From NCBI GenBank assembly GCA_051362555.1, contig CM120641.1, forward strand, positions 24,000,401-24,064,400: a stretch of DNA of 64,000 bases, read 5' to 3'. Source of the stretch: Lingula anatina. Lineage: Eukaryota; Animalia; Brachiopoda. Below, one piece after another: positions 26,696-39,509 of the stretch. Below the pieces are notes generated by a model, which worked only from the letters and a program-made list of their open reading frames with translations, did no database searches and had not been told where the DNA came from. Within the stretch, counting starts at the first letter, position 1. The number at the start of each line of letters is the position of its first letter. The translations under genes were made by a program, and so were the position numbers.

Positions 26696-29600
26696 TTTTT
26701 TGTCTTACAGGCCGATACTGTGGTAACAACTTACCAGCCACAATAGTTTCCAGTGACAGTAGAATGTGGATACGATACAGGGCCCTTCCTGGGACGTCAA
26801 ACCATCAAGGTTTTACTGCTCAATATGAAGGTATGTATGGTTGTAGTTGAACACTTGAATGAGGGGTGGGGGGATCAAAAGAACCAACCTTTTGGCTAAA
26901 TTAAAATTTGATCATTGTTTTATGACCTCTTGCTAGTAAGTAAATAAAGGGTATAAAAAGGTTCATATGTCCAGGAAAAGAAACCTGCTACAGACCTCGC
27001 ATCTATTGTCTGTGGCATATCCTAGGATTAAGATGTACATGTAGCACTCACTTGGCTTGAAAAACTACTTATAACAGAATCTCAACATTTTACAATCAAC
27101 AAAATGCCAGTGCCCTAACTTGGGCCGAGAATTTTTGACAGTTTAAAATTGAGACTTTATGATAGGTCATATTAAGAAGGTTTTGATTTCTAGATTTTCA
27201 TCTTCAGATAGCACAAGCAGTTAAAGCCTGTGGTTTTAGGAATTGCTAAATCTCTGATGTTACTCATGAACAAAACACCATATGTACTGCCTAAAAGTGC
27301 AGAAACTGGGATAGAAATGGTATCCCTCATGAAAGCAGTAATTGACAAATGGATTTCCATTAACTTTTAACAGTTACAGAATTAACCTCCCGCCAATTTG
27401 ATTTTTGGGATAACACCAAAATATACATGGAGTTTCACTGGTTTATATTTTAGGGTAGTGCAGAAAGCATATTCCCAGGACTTCTTTTGGAACAAATCCA
27501 CATTTAGTATGAACATTTATTATTTATGTACCATCTCATGAGAATTGATACTTTTCCAAATGTTACCCACTTGGTTCAGCTTGCTCAATTACCCTTTTGT
27601 GTATTATGCCATTCTATACATACTATGGTGTCATAATTGTAAAAGATGTTTTTCATTTTCGGGCAGTTTGTTTTGCTATACAGGTTGATATAGTAGCACA
27701 TCAGCATGTAGATAATATATTCTGCCGGATCAAACTGTGTTTCTCAATTCTCAGTGAAAATTATGGACCAAAATTTTGATCACCAGAAAACAGGGAATAA
27801 ATAAACAATAATTCTATCGTTTTTTATTTGCCCTTCTAGCAATTACTGTCATTTTTTCCTTGTGATTCCAGCTGTGTGTGGGGGTGAAATCTTCAAGGAA
27901 CAGGGCCATCTTTCCAGCTCTAACTATCCTGATGACTACAAACCTAACAAGAAGTGTGTATGGAAAATCACTGTTCCGGAGCCGTATTCTGTGGCTGTTA
28001 AGTTCCAGTCTTTTGAGGTAAAAATATCAGACTCATAAGCAAAAGGAAGGGGGGTACTAGGAAGTTAAGAAGGATAACATTTTTGGCAGGAAAAGATTTG
28101 GTTCTGTGCCATTTCTCACACTGGATCTACCAAGGGGATAAAAAGAGGACCACTTTTTAAAAGGCAAGACCCTCCTGCTGGCTACAGGCCTGGATATTTA
28201 ACCATCATCTTACATTAAAAATTGAATGAAATTAAAAAATGAATGCACTGAAAAGTCCTTTTTGGGGAAATAAAAACAGAGTTGTTACAGAACTTTGCTC
28301 TACATAATGGTCTTTGAATGTTAAATGTCATTTCTTTGTTTTCTTCTCAGTACCATCTTGTAGAATTATTTTATAAAACCATAAATCAGCTGTTTCATTT
28401 TTGTAAGACAAAGTTATCATTATTTTCATCTCAGAACATCTTTCAAATGACAAAAATTACTGACAAGAAAATTTGTTAGCATAACCAAACACAGGAAAGA
28501 TAAAAATCTTCTCAGTGAAACAAGTAATTGAGTTGGAATGTGAGAAATTGAGACAGGAAATTGGATTTCTTTCTAACTTCATTGTTTCTCAGCATCTGCA
28601 TGACATTTTCATTAGATTGATCATGGCTGATAAGTCTTTGCAGTACAGTGAAGTAAAAAAACAGTTTCCATTATTTGTGGGGCCTCAGTTTGGCCCTCAA
28701 ATAGTCTTTCCCATACTGACGTCCTTTTTTATCTTATCAAACCTAAGTATATGAGATGTTAAATACAAAATGCAGGAAAATGCTAAAATAGCTTTATAAA
28801 TAGATTCATAGGTAAACCAAATTACTAGATCAACATAATGGCAAACATTGGTGGCACTGCTGCTTTACAAATAATAATTAGACAAATAATAATAAGACAA
28901 ATAATAATAATAATAATAATATCTTAGCCAAGTACATTGAGATGGTTTCAGGTATTTATAAAAAGATGTCTCATTTTTAGATTGAGAATCATGACAACTG
29001 TCAGTATGACTATCTTGAGATTCGAGACGGCCATGAGGACACCTCAAAACTTATAGGCAAATTCTGTGGATACAAGATCCCAGACTCTATTAAGTCCACC
29101 TCCAACAAGATCTATATCAAATTTGTATCTGATGGCTCTGTGCAGAAACCAGGATTTTCAGCACAGTTTGTGAAAGGTGAGTGCAGCTTGTTTTTCATAA
29201 TCTTGTTGGTGTCAGATGAGATGTGGTTTATGGAATTAATTGATCAAACCGCATCCAAAAAAAAAAAAAGTTTTATTGTACCACCAGCGTTAGCGCTGGC
29301 GGTACACATGGTTTCGGTCCCGTCCGGATCGTTCCGCCGGCTCCGCCGGCTCCGCCGGCTCCGTTGGCTCCGCCGGCTCCGCCGGCTCCGCCGGACGGCT
29401 ACCGTTACCGCTTCTCCTCCTAGACGGTAAGGGCCCCCGTACCCATCTCATGGATTTAGGTCACCTATAATCTCAACTCGTTCCACGTAAAATTTGGGCT
29501 TTGTCGGTATTGGGGTCTGGGTGTGGCACTCATTGCAATGCACCCTTGTCTAAAAATGGCAAAATTAAATGCTAATTATCTACCCTACGGAAGGAGTTAT

Positions 29601-32600
29601 GGGAAAAATTTCTATAGACGGCTTTCCAAAAGTCATATGTGTAGATTTCAAATATACCCTTGGATTTGACCTTTGACCTCTACTTCAAGGTCAAATGGGC
29701 CAAAATTTTCAAAAAAATGAAATTTTTTACGAAAAAAAATTTTTTTGCCCTGTTATTCAGACACCACACAGACTTAACCAATAATATTATTGGAAAGTGT
29801 TACCCTTCAGGTCATCTTTCATCTCCATGAATTTGGGGTCAATCGGTGCATTTTCACGGGAGTAGCGGCCATAAGATACCGAAACTGAAAACTGTCTCTA
29901 ATTCGGGAACCGTTAATGCTAGAGACCCATTCTTTTTTGCATTTTGTAGAGCATGTAAAGCCCAACACTGGAAGTGGTCTCGGTTTTTTTGTATTCCATA
30001 CGGTTTTCGAGTTACGCTGTATCAAAAAGTACATATTGGTGGTAAAAGCAAAATGTGAAGTACGGTAATGGATAATAAATTTTGAACTGTGGAAAAATAA
30101 AACATAAGGCTTGGCAAAGCAGACAACTTGTGTTCAAAAATGACATTATTTCATCAAATTTGAACTTCTGAAACTTCAGAGCACCTCCTATTTCAAGAAT
30201 TTTGACCAAAATGACACTTTCTTTATTTTAATTAATTTTTTCTGTACGAAATTTAAGGCACATTATGGTAACTCCAAAATTATAACATCTAGTCCCTTAT
30301 ATCTCCAAAACTGGCAGAGATAGGTCCATAGTTACTATTGAAGTTGAATAGGAAGTCATATACTGGCAATCTTACTATGACCTTGAAATTGACCTTTGAC
30401 CTACTTTTCACCATGAACTGAAATTTGCAAATTTTTCTTCCCTTTTATCTCCAAAACTGGCAGAGATAGGTCCATAGTTACTATTGAACTTGAATAGGAA
30501 GTCATATACTGGCAATCTAAATGTGACCTTAAAATTGACCTTTGACCTACTTTACACCATGAACTGAATTTTGCAAATTTTGCTTTCCTTTTATCTCCAA
30601 AACTGGCAGAGATAGGTCCGTAGTTACTATTGAACTTGAATAGGAAGTCATATACTGGCAATCTATATGTGACATTAAAATTGACCTTTGACCTACTTTT
30701 CACCATGAACTGAATTTTGCAAATTTTGCTTTCCTTTTATCTCCAAAACTGGCTGAGATAGGTCCGTAGTTACTATTGAACTTGAATAGGAAGTCATATA
30801 CTGGCAATCTAAATGTGACCTTAAAATTGACCTTTGACCTACTTTTCACCATAAACTGAACTTTGCAAAATTTGCTTCCCTTTTATCTCCAAAACTGGCA
30901 GAGATAGGTCCATAGTTACTATTGAACTTGAATAGGAAGTCATATACTGGCAATCTAAATGTGACCTTAAAATTGACCTTTGACCTACTTTTCACCATGA
31001 ACTGAACTTTGCAAATTTTTCTTCCCTTTTATCTCCAAAACTGGCAGAGATAGGTCCATTGTTACTATTGAAGTTGAATAGGAAGTCATATACTGGCAAT
31101 CTAAATGTGACCTTAAAATTGACCTTTGACCTACTTTACACCATGAACTGAATTTTGCAAATTTTGCTTTCCTTTTATCTCCAAAACTGGCTGAGATAGG
31201 TCCGTAGTTACTATTGAACTTGAATAGGAAGTCATATACTGGCAATCTAAATGTGACCTTAAAATTGACCTTTGACCTACTTTTCACCATAAACTGAACT
31301 TTGCAAATTTTGCTTCCCTTTTATCTCCAAAACTGGCAGAGATAGGTCCATAGTTACTATTGAACTTGAATAGGAAGTCATATACTGGCAATCTAAATGT
31401 GACCTTGAAATTGACCTTTGACCTACTTTACACCATGAACTGAATTTTGCAAATTTTGCTTTCCTTTTATCTCCAAAACTGGCTGAGATAGGTCCGTAGT
31501 TACTATTGAACTTGAATAGGAAGTCATATACTGGCATTATAAATGTGACATTAAAATTGACCTTTGTCCTACTTTTCACCATAAATTGAACTTTGCAAAT
31601 TTTGTTTCCCTTTTATCTCCAAAACTGGCAGAGATAGGTCCATATTTACTATTGATCTTGAATAGGAAGTCATATACTGGCAATCTAAATGTGACCTTGA
31701 AATTGACCTTTGACCTACTTTTCACCATGAACTGAATTTTGCAAATTTTGCTTCCCTTTTATCTCCAAACCTGGCTGAGATAGGTCCATAGTTACTATTG
31801 AACTTGAATAGGAAGTCCTATACTGGCAATCTAAGTGTGACCTTGAAATTGACCTTTGACCTACTTTTTATCATGAACTGAACTCTGCTCATTTCTTTTT
31901 CTTTTAACTTCAAACTTGACAGAGATAGGTCCATAGTTACTCTTGAACTTGAATAGGAAGTCATATACTGGCAATTTACTGTGACCTTGAAATTGACCCT
32001 TGACCTACCTTACGAAGAACTTAAATTTGATTGTACCATATATATTTTTTGCAATAGTTAAAAAATTCTTGTTGATTGCATTTTTACAGCTTGTCAAGCA
32101 CAAAACTGGTGGCTGTGTCCCTTATTTTGTGTATGTGGGGGTCTATACGAATGCGTTTGCTCCAGCTGGTGGTACAATATTTGGAGGCGGTATCGCCTCT
32201 CTGATCCTCTAGTTTTTCTCTTGTTGGGGAGGGGGAAGGAGGGCAAAGTGTGGCAGTTTTTCTTTGGAGCTGAACTTCAATATCCCTAATATTGTAGCTC
32301 TTCGCCAATGCATCTTCAGATACTGTATATGTATATTTTGTATATTATATTATAAAATACTGTATTTGTTTGCAACAGGAAAGGACGTTTGGACCACAAC
32401 AGGAAGGAGCATGTTTCATAGATAAGCACCCCAATTATTGGCTACGTTCCATCAAACATCTTATTATTGCAATGTCAGTGGTTAACCCTGGCAAGTAGTT
32501 GTGGTCAAAATAGTTTTGTTTGCTTGTCAAGTACATTTGGTTGTCAACTGCCATGTGCTCAACACCATGAAAACAAGATCTTCAAATAGCATTCAGCTTT

Positions 32601-35600
32601 ATATGAAACATACTCCTGGTCACTGTGCGGCATAGCAGCCCTATTATCATATTCTGTGGAATGACCTGCCACTAGCTGCGTAAGAGATCAACTGTTTTAA
32701 TGGATCCTGACATTTTTCAAACAAATCTTTAAAATCTTACCTTTTTAAAACAATATCATAATCAAATTTAAGATAATTTTTAATTTATTTGACTTTCAAA
32801 TATTTGTTGGTTTTCAGAGTATGACGAGTGTGCCACGGAAGACCATGGCTGTGCACATGAGTGTGAGAATACTCTGGGGAGCTTCAAGTGCCAGTGTCAC
32901 ATAGGCTATGAGCTGCATTCTGATGGAAAACAATGTGAAGGTAAGCAATTGCAAGCACCTGTGGTCTTTATTCCTCATTGGGCTTAGCGTGGATTCTTTT
33001 CTTGCTCAGTGCTTACACTGCACTTTTAGAAGATGCATGAACTGTTGCCATCTGAAATAGTCTGTATTGAAATTGTGAAAATTTTAGAAATTAGGAGCTC
33101 AAAAACAAGTTCATTTATCAGAACTTTCTCAATCATTTCGGATAGGGTATATTTTGGTAACAAAGGGAAAATTGTCGAAGAACTTTTTAGATAATAGATA
33201 AAGGTCAAACATGCATGTCTTTAAATAGGTAATCTGATGAAGGTTGAAGCTATCTTAAATAACAGTAAACTATGCATGTTAACAGATTGAAATATTGTTA
33301 ATTATTATTGAACATTAAATGAAATATTGTTACATTTTTATGTATTGATTATTGTATAATAGTAAGATACTATCAATGAATTACTGTTGTCTTTCTCTCT
33401 TCCTTATAAACAAATGTACACATACGTGCATACAGGCACGCACATTCTCAGAAGGTAGGATAAATTGTAAACTTCATTTATCTCCAGTGCAAGGGGATCG
33501 CAACCCTTTCAACCTGGGGTGTTATATATGACTAATTACAGTGTGACAGGTCTCGTACAGAAAGTGCCAGGTGTCAAAGGTGGCCCAGGGCAACGTGAAA
33601 CTTCTTTGCTTTTCTTTGTGTTAAATCTTCATGTAATTATGTAAGTCATGATGCCAATTATTATTTCTTTTTTGCAATTACCAATGCTTTTGTGTCTTCC
33701 AAGTTTTTAATTTTTTTTGTTTGAGTTGGGTTTTATATCACATGTAGCTAAATAACCTTGTAAAGTATACTGTTTAAATGGAGAAGTAAATGGATCCTGA
33801 CAGAAATTACAACCTCTTGTGTCTTTGAGCCAACATTTTACAGGAGCTAAAAATGATGTTGAGAATTGAGATTGAAGAAATCAGTGCTTAGGGCAGTGTT
33901 ATTTAGTGTGGTTGGGGGTGAATTTTTTTAACTCATTGCATAAGGCAGTAATGCCTTGCCCTCTTAACAACTGGTGCCACTTTATTTACACTGTGAATCA
34001 AGTCCTAAAGCACCAGCATAAAGGCTATAAAAATGCCCCTAAGCCTCCTGGATTCCTCCCTTGGGGGTCTGGCATTAAAAGAATGCAGATTACTCCACAC
34101 TTTGTACAATGTAGTACCTCGATTTCAGCAGATAACTGTTATCTAAGCAATAAAACTGTAATGTTTGTAATCTTAAGTGTATGGCAAAGCATTAAGGAAG
34201 TCGTAGCCTATTGCAGTCACTAACAAGCACAAGTTATGGTTTATGTTTGGAAGTATATCACTTGTGATGTGGACAAAAATGAGGACAGATGGTTGGAGAG
34301 TCAAGTGAGCAATTTGCGTAAAGTCACTTTTTGTGAAATGAACTGTTTCCAATAGCATGCCAGAAGTGATATATGATTTTAACCCAGTTAAGTAATAAAG
34401 GAAACCATAAGGTTTTATTAGAAATGAACTCGGGTCTGTCTCCATAATATGAATATATTACACTTGATTCTAATAATTCTAACTGCTGTCAAGGGAAACA
34501 CCTGGCTCAATCAGAACTAGGATTTCAAATGGAAGAAAATGCTTTGAAATAATCATTTTCCTTGGAATATGGTCAAGATTCTTGTGAGTACTTACGTAAA
34601 AATTGTTTCTTCGTTGGTTTCAGATGCGTGTGGTGGGTACATTGAAGAACTCAACGGAACAATACAGAGTCCATCATTTCCAGATTTGTACCCTATAAAC
34701 AAGAACTGTGTATGGCAGATTGTAGCACCAGCCCAATACAGGATTTCTCTCAACTTCACACATTTTGACTTAGAAGGAAATAATGTAAGTTACAATAGTA
34801 TTCCTTCCGTTAAATTTTGACATCTCCATACATCAGTATGTTGTTAACTGGAGATGTCTAGAGGGTAAAACTTAAGCTAAAAAGCATGAATGGCATATAA
34901 AGTTGACAGGAAAAACTGCAGGGTATCTGAAATAATTTCCTTTTTTCTATGAGGAATCTTAAAATGACTTTGATAGATGTTTTCTATTTTTGTTCCATTT
35001 TTCAATCAGCATGTTGAATCCTCTTCTGTACATTAAATCAACTTTTTATAGTGGCATGCCCTTAAGGGAATGGCACTCATATTTTTATTGAATATGTCAA
35101 TGAAAGACGACTAGAGATGGAACCCATCCCTGGCAATCTAGAAATTCTAAAAATAAGAATAATGGCATTTTCCCTTGCTGCACATTCCTTCAGAACAATC
35201 TTAACATTATGTATTTGAATCCTTCAGATGAATAATTTCATTTGACTGGTATCAGGTATAGGCAGTCTCTTGGCAGGTGGGCTCTGCCTTATCGTGTTTA
35301 CCATAACAGCTCAGCATTATTGTTGTTTTGGTAATTTAATCATTAAATCAAGCCTGACAGGTATGTGTAACCTCAGAGTGGCAGGTATTGAGGAATTGAC
35401 CTGTCAGCGTGAATTATGCACTCACACTTTGAAAGCCTTGCCGTCTTTGTCACTGCATTTAGACGTACCGTGTCCTCTGCGGTTGGTATGACATGGCAAC
35501 CTATCAACTACTGTGAAATCACTTTATCTTAACACTGTAACAACAGAGCAACCCAGCCACTACTTTTGAAAGTTGACTTTGTTCATAAAGAAATGCCAGT

Positions 35601-38600
35601 AAGAAAAAAAAAGAAAAAGGAAAAAACAAACTAGAAATTGTCTGCCCTCATCAGACCATAAAGATTAAAGTCAAGGATGTTTTGGCTTTCCATCTTTAGA
35701 TTCTGGCAACTGGCGTGCCTCTGTACTCTTCCACACATGGTAAACCCTGGATCTTTTATTAGGGGAAATGTAGACCACATCTTGACAATTAGGAGGAAAA
35801 GTCACAATGTTCATGTTCCACATGGCTTTTATTTCATTGAAAAATGTTACAGTCCTCTGGAAGAATTTTCTGACATCATATTTTGTTTTCACAATTGAAA
35901 GTAGTCTTCCAGTATTAATGGCTCTCATCCCCCGGGTCATATTTTCTCATAGATGTATATGTTAAAGTTCATAGTTTTCTGTTCTGTACACTGAACTAAA
36001 GCCAGTGTCAATAAAAGTAAAAATTTGTCCAAAATAAGAGGCCAGCAATGTGGTAAAAAGTGAAGTGCATCTGTAATTAAAATTTAGTGTTTTAAAGTGT
36101 TTGCGAGATGTTTACAAGCATGGAAAGTTGGCACGTGTTATCATTACAGGGGGCTTGAAAAGAGTAGTGTTACAAAGTTTGTGAGAAGAAAATTAGATTT
36201 TTTAATGGTTTTCCAGTGACATATGTTGGCAGTTTGTTTTATTTCTCAGAACTTGCCAGTATAATTCATTCATACTTTTCTTTTTAAAGTTTAGCTTACC
36301 CAGACAAATGTGAGCTTGGTCTTTGTGACCTGCAGAGTGATACACATATCACAACTATGAAGTGAGCCAAGTTGTTCTGAAACAATTGGAACTAAGAAGG
36401 CTTTCAGAGAGCCCCAACCTCTGCCAGGACACCTCAATTCTAATTATTATAAATACATTAATGGATTTCCATCAAAGTGTAATCAGCTTTTGTTAGTCCA
36501 ATGTTAACCTAGCCTGAAATATTTATCAGATTCCATCCTTAACTTTTTGAGTTGGGCTTTTTACCTAAAACAACAATAAAGGAAAAAACATAGCCTCCTT
36601 TGCAGAGGTAATAAGTTTCCATAAAACATACTTTTAAACTTTATGAAATTTATCTTTTGTTTTATGGAGTGGTAAAGCATTGTTTCATGCCCAGGAAACA
36701 AACCTTTTTGTAGAGTTTTTCAATGTTTTATTTATCTAGTAGTACTTTATTACCATAACATTGTGTCTTGTTCCTTAACAAAATGAATTGCTACAAATGT
36801 AGGAGCAAAACCCTCTAACGCTTTACATGAAAAGTAAAAACAGGAGTAAAACGTTCATTTACACTGTGCCCATTGTGTTGCTCAGCATTTTGATTTAAAG
36901 TGATTCTATATGCCCATTTTCAATGGCATGATAGCTTTTTGAATGATACACCAAAATTGATTTGTGTTTCCATGCTTCCAGCAAGACTGCGAATATGACT
37001 CTGTGGAGGTACGCAGTGGTTTTGAGACAGACTCCAACCTGCTGGGGGTGTTCTGCGGCTCCACACTCCCTATGCCACTGACATCTGAGGGAAACAGTCT
37101 ACGCATAGAGTTTAATTCGGACAATTCAGTGCAGAAGACAGGATTTTTGGCTACATTTTTCACCGGTAGGTGTGAATAGACAACTGGCATACAGCAGCAG
37201 ATGTGGCTATAATGTGTATAATATATAAAGTATGTGGATGTGCGCATTTACGTATGTTGTACACCAGAAAAAATGTTAACAAACATCCTGTGGACTGGGT
37301 TACTATGAACAACCATGACCCCCCTGTGAGGCAGTGGAGTCTCTGGAATTTGTCACCTGCCTGTCACCTGTGTGAGGCCCCAGAAAGGGACATGCCTGTG
37401 TCTTGAGGATTTCAGGGGGGGTCTGGTATTTGTCAACTGCCTGGCTCCTGTGTGAGGCTCAAGAGTGGGACATGCCTATATCTTGAGGATATCAGAGGGA
37501 GGGGGTGTTTCTGGTATTTGTCACCTGCTTTGCTCCTGTGTGAGGCCCCATAAAAAGGACATGCCTAGGATTGAGGGTTTCGGTGGGCTCAGGTGCCTAT
37601 TATCTGTCATCTCTCTTCTACTCCATACATTGATATGTTTGCATTTTGTGAGTTTCTGATGGGGGGAGGGGGGTTATCTCTCATGTCTGTCACCTTACTT
37701 ATATTTGAGAAATAGAAGCAAATATGCCTCAGGTCAACATTTTACAACAGCTTAGGTTAAAGAATTTTCCCACCAAATTGAATTTTTCTAAAAAAATAAG
37801 CAATTTTCTCCTTCTCATGAATCATTGCTTGATGGGTCCCTGCACTTGGATACCATGTTATATACCACTTCTTATAAGTTCAAAGAATCATTTAGTTCTT
37901 AATTGCTAGCCAGTGATTTAGACCTTCATGTTTTCCTGTAAATTTCAGAAGGAAATATGATTATCAGGTACTTTTATTTGAGTTTTTTTTTAAAGGTCTG
38001 AATTGGGAAAGATAAGTAGCTTAACAGGTTATGTAGCAATTATGTGAATATAAAAAGTCACTTTGAGGCATTTTCAAGTGTGGATAGTATACCTTAAGCT
38101 TCTGTTGGTTGAGTTGACTTCCTCCTCCAGTTTTACCCCTGTCACTCCAATGAGGACCAGAAGTCGGCTGCTTCACCTCATTAACTCACCTAGTGTGACC
38201 CTCTTTGCTGACTGCTTCCTGCTCTACTCCCACCAAATACAGGCACCATTACCTCTAATGATGCCACCTCTAAGGCTGGGCTGGGGCAGGAGAGATGACC
38301 TTTAAGAGGGTCAGGGCACGCTGGCTTTGTGACAGTGACAGGAGTTCTAAGTGTGCATTCTGCTGAAACATGTGGAACATATTACTATGTCTGGCTCAGT
38401 GCTCCAATTAAAGCCTGCTGTGCTGTTCAAATTGTGGCAGTACTCCTTCTCCCAAAATATTTCTTGAAATTAAGATGAGAGGTGTCCGCACTTATTAGGA
38501 AGGTCTATGCATGCCAAATTAAACTGTACTTCCTACAGGACTTGATTTTGTGTTTCTGATCAATCAATTCAGATATGAAACATAAATTTTAAAAAAAGAT

Positions 38601-38672
38601 GTTCTAAAATTTCATTTCTAAAATTTCATGTATAGATTTTTTAATATTTCAAATGCTGGAATGCATTTTAAA

Positions 38673-38738
<66 letters not shown>

Positions 38739-39400
38739 TTGCTTGATCTATATATGCTTGTATGTTTCCCTTCACTCTCATGGCAGACAAGGACGAGTGT
38801 GCTGTAGACAATGGCGGGTGTCAGCACATCTGTAAGAACACAGTCGGCAGTTACCAGTGTGCCTGCAACAATGGCTACCAGCTGCACGAGAACAAACACG
38901 ACTGCAAGGAAGGTGAGTGACTCTTATGAAATGGTGGACATTTTTCTTACTTTAATATTTCTGTTGGATTATTCTCAGCTGCTTTCGGGAATTTGGTGTT
39001 AATGGGACAGAGGAAGTTTTGATTGATGGTGATCTTTTTTCAAATATTGAGAAAGAAACTGTCAGGTCACGCTGTTAAGTGTATATGCTTTTAAAGTAAT
39101 GATTAAGGAAGTCATTGTAGCTATTTTTGTAGTGAATAGGGTGATTAGATCTTGCTATAACACAGTCTAACTCCCACTTGATCACCTTTAGCACCATTTA
39201 TTCCACACAGTGAAAGTGATACAGTAAATGTGTCAGTCAAATAGACACTTCAGTGGTGACAGAGGTGTCTTGTTTAATCTTTCATATTATTGCTGTTAAG
39301 AAAGCCAAGGTTTTATCACAAAATGTATCACAACTACCTTTTACCCACCTTATCTCTCACCAGTGTGCATGCTTGCACATGCGCATTCATGCAAGCACAC

Positions 39401-39474
<74 letters not shown>

Positions 39475-39475
39475 T

Positions 39476-39509
<34 letters not shown>

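Larger units (their letters stand above)
29274..32217 (+). mobile_element. Helentron-associated non-autonomous element (HINE; DINE-1/pearl-type architecture), ~2.9 kb, in tolloid intron 10
   Basis: 5' sub-terminal IR TATTGTACCACCAGC (29274-29288) with an adjacent inverted partner GCTGGCGGTACA (29295-29306). Then a 9-bp microsatellite, an internal tandem array, and the 3' subTIR GCTGGTGGTACAATA (32165-32179). It ends with hairpin GAGGCG-GTAT-CGCCTC (32184-32199) and CTAG+TTTTT (32209-32217). T-runs at both ends and no TSD. Confidence 0.85.

Noticed and set aside
29140-29430. ORF with RRLRRLRR protamine-like repeat
   Set aside because: It is read-through from exon 10 into the 9-bp GC microsatellite of the HINE.
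30401-31582. Three similar 101-aa minus-strand ORFs
   Set aside because: They are translations of the 146-bp tandem repeat.
33436-33454. Possible 19-nt cassette exon (TACAG|...GAAG|GTAGGA) in tolloid intron 11
   Set aside because: It does not preserve the frame and the flanking exons join cleanly; it is probably a chance splice-site match.
37166-37179. Short BMP1-type isoform ending after CUB3 by intron read-through (TGRCE*)
   Set aside because: The position parallels the vertebrate short BMP1 isoform, but an early intronic stop is expected by chance, and I see no alternative terminal exon or nearby poly(A) evidence.
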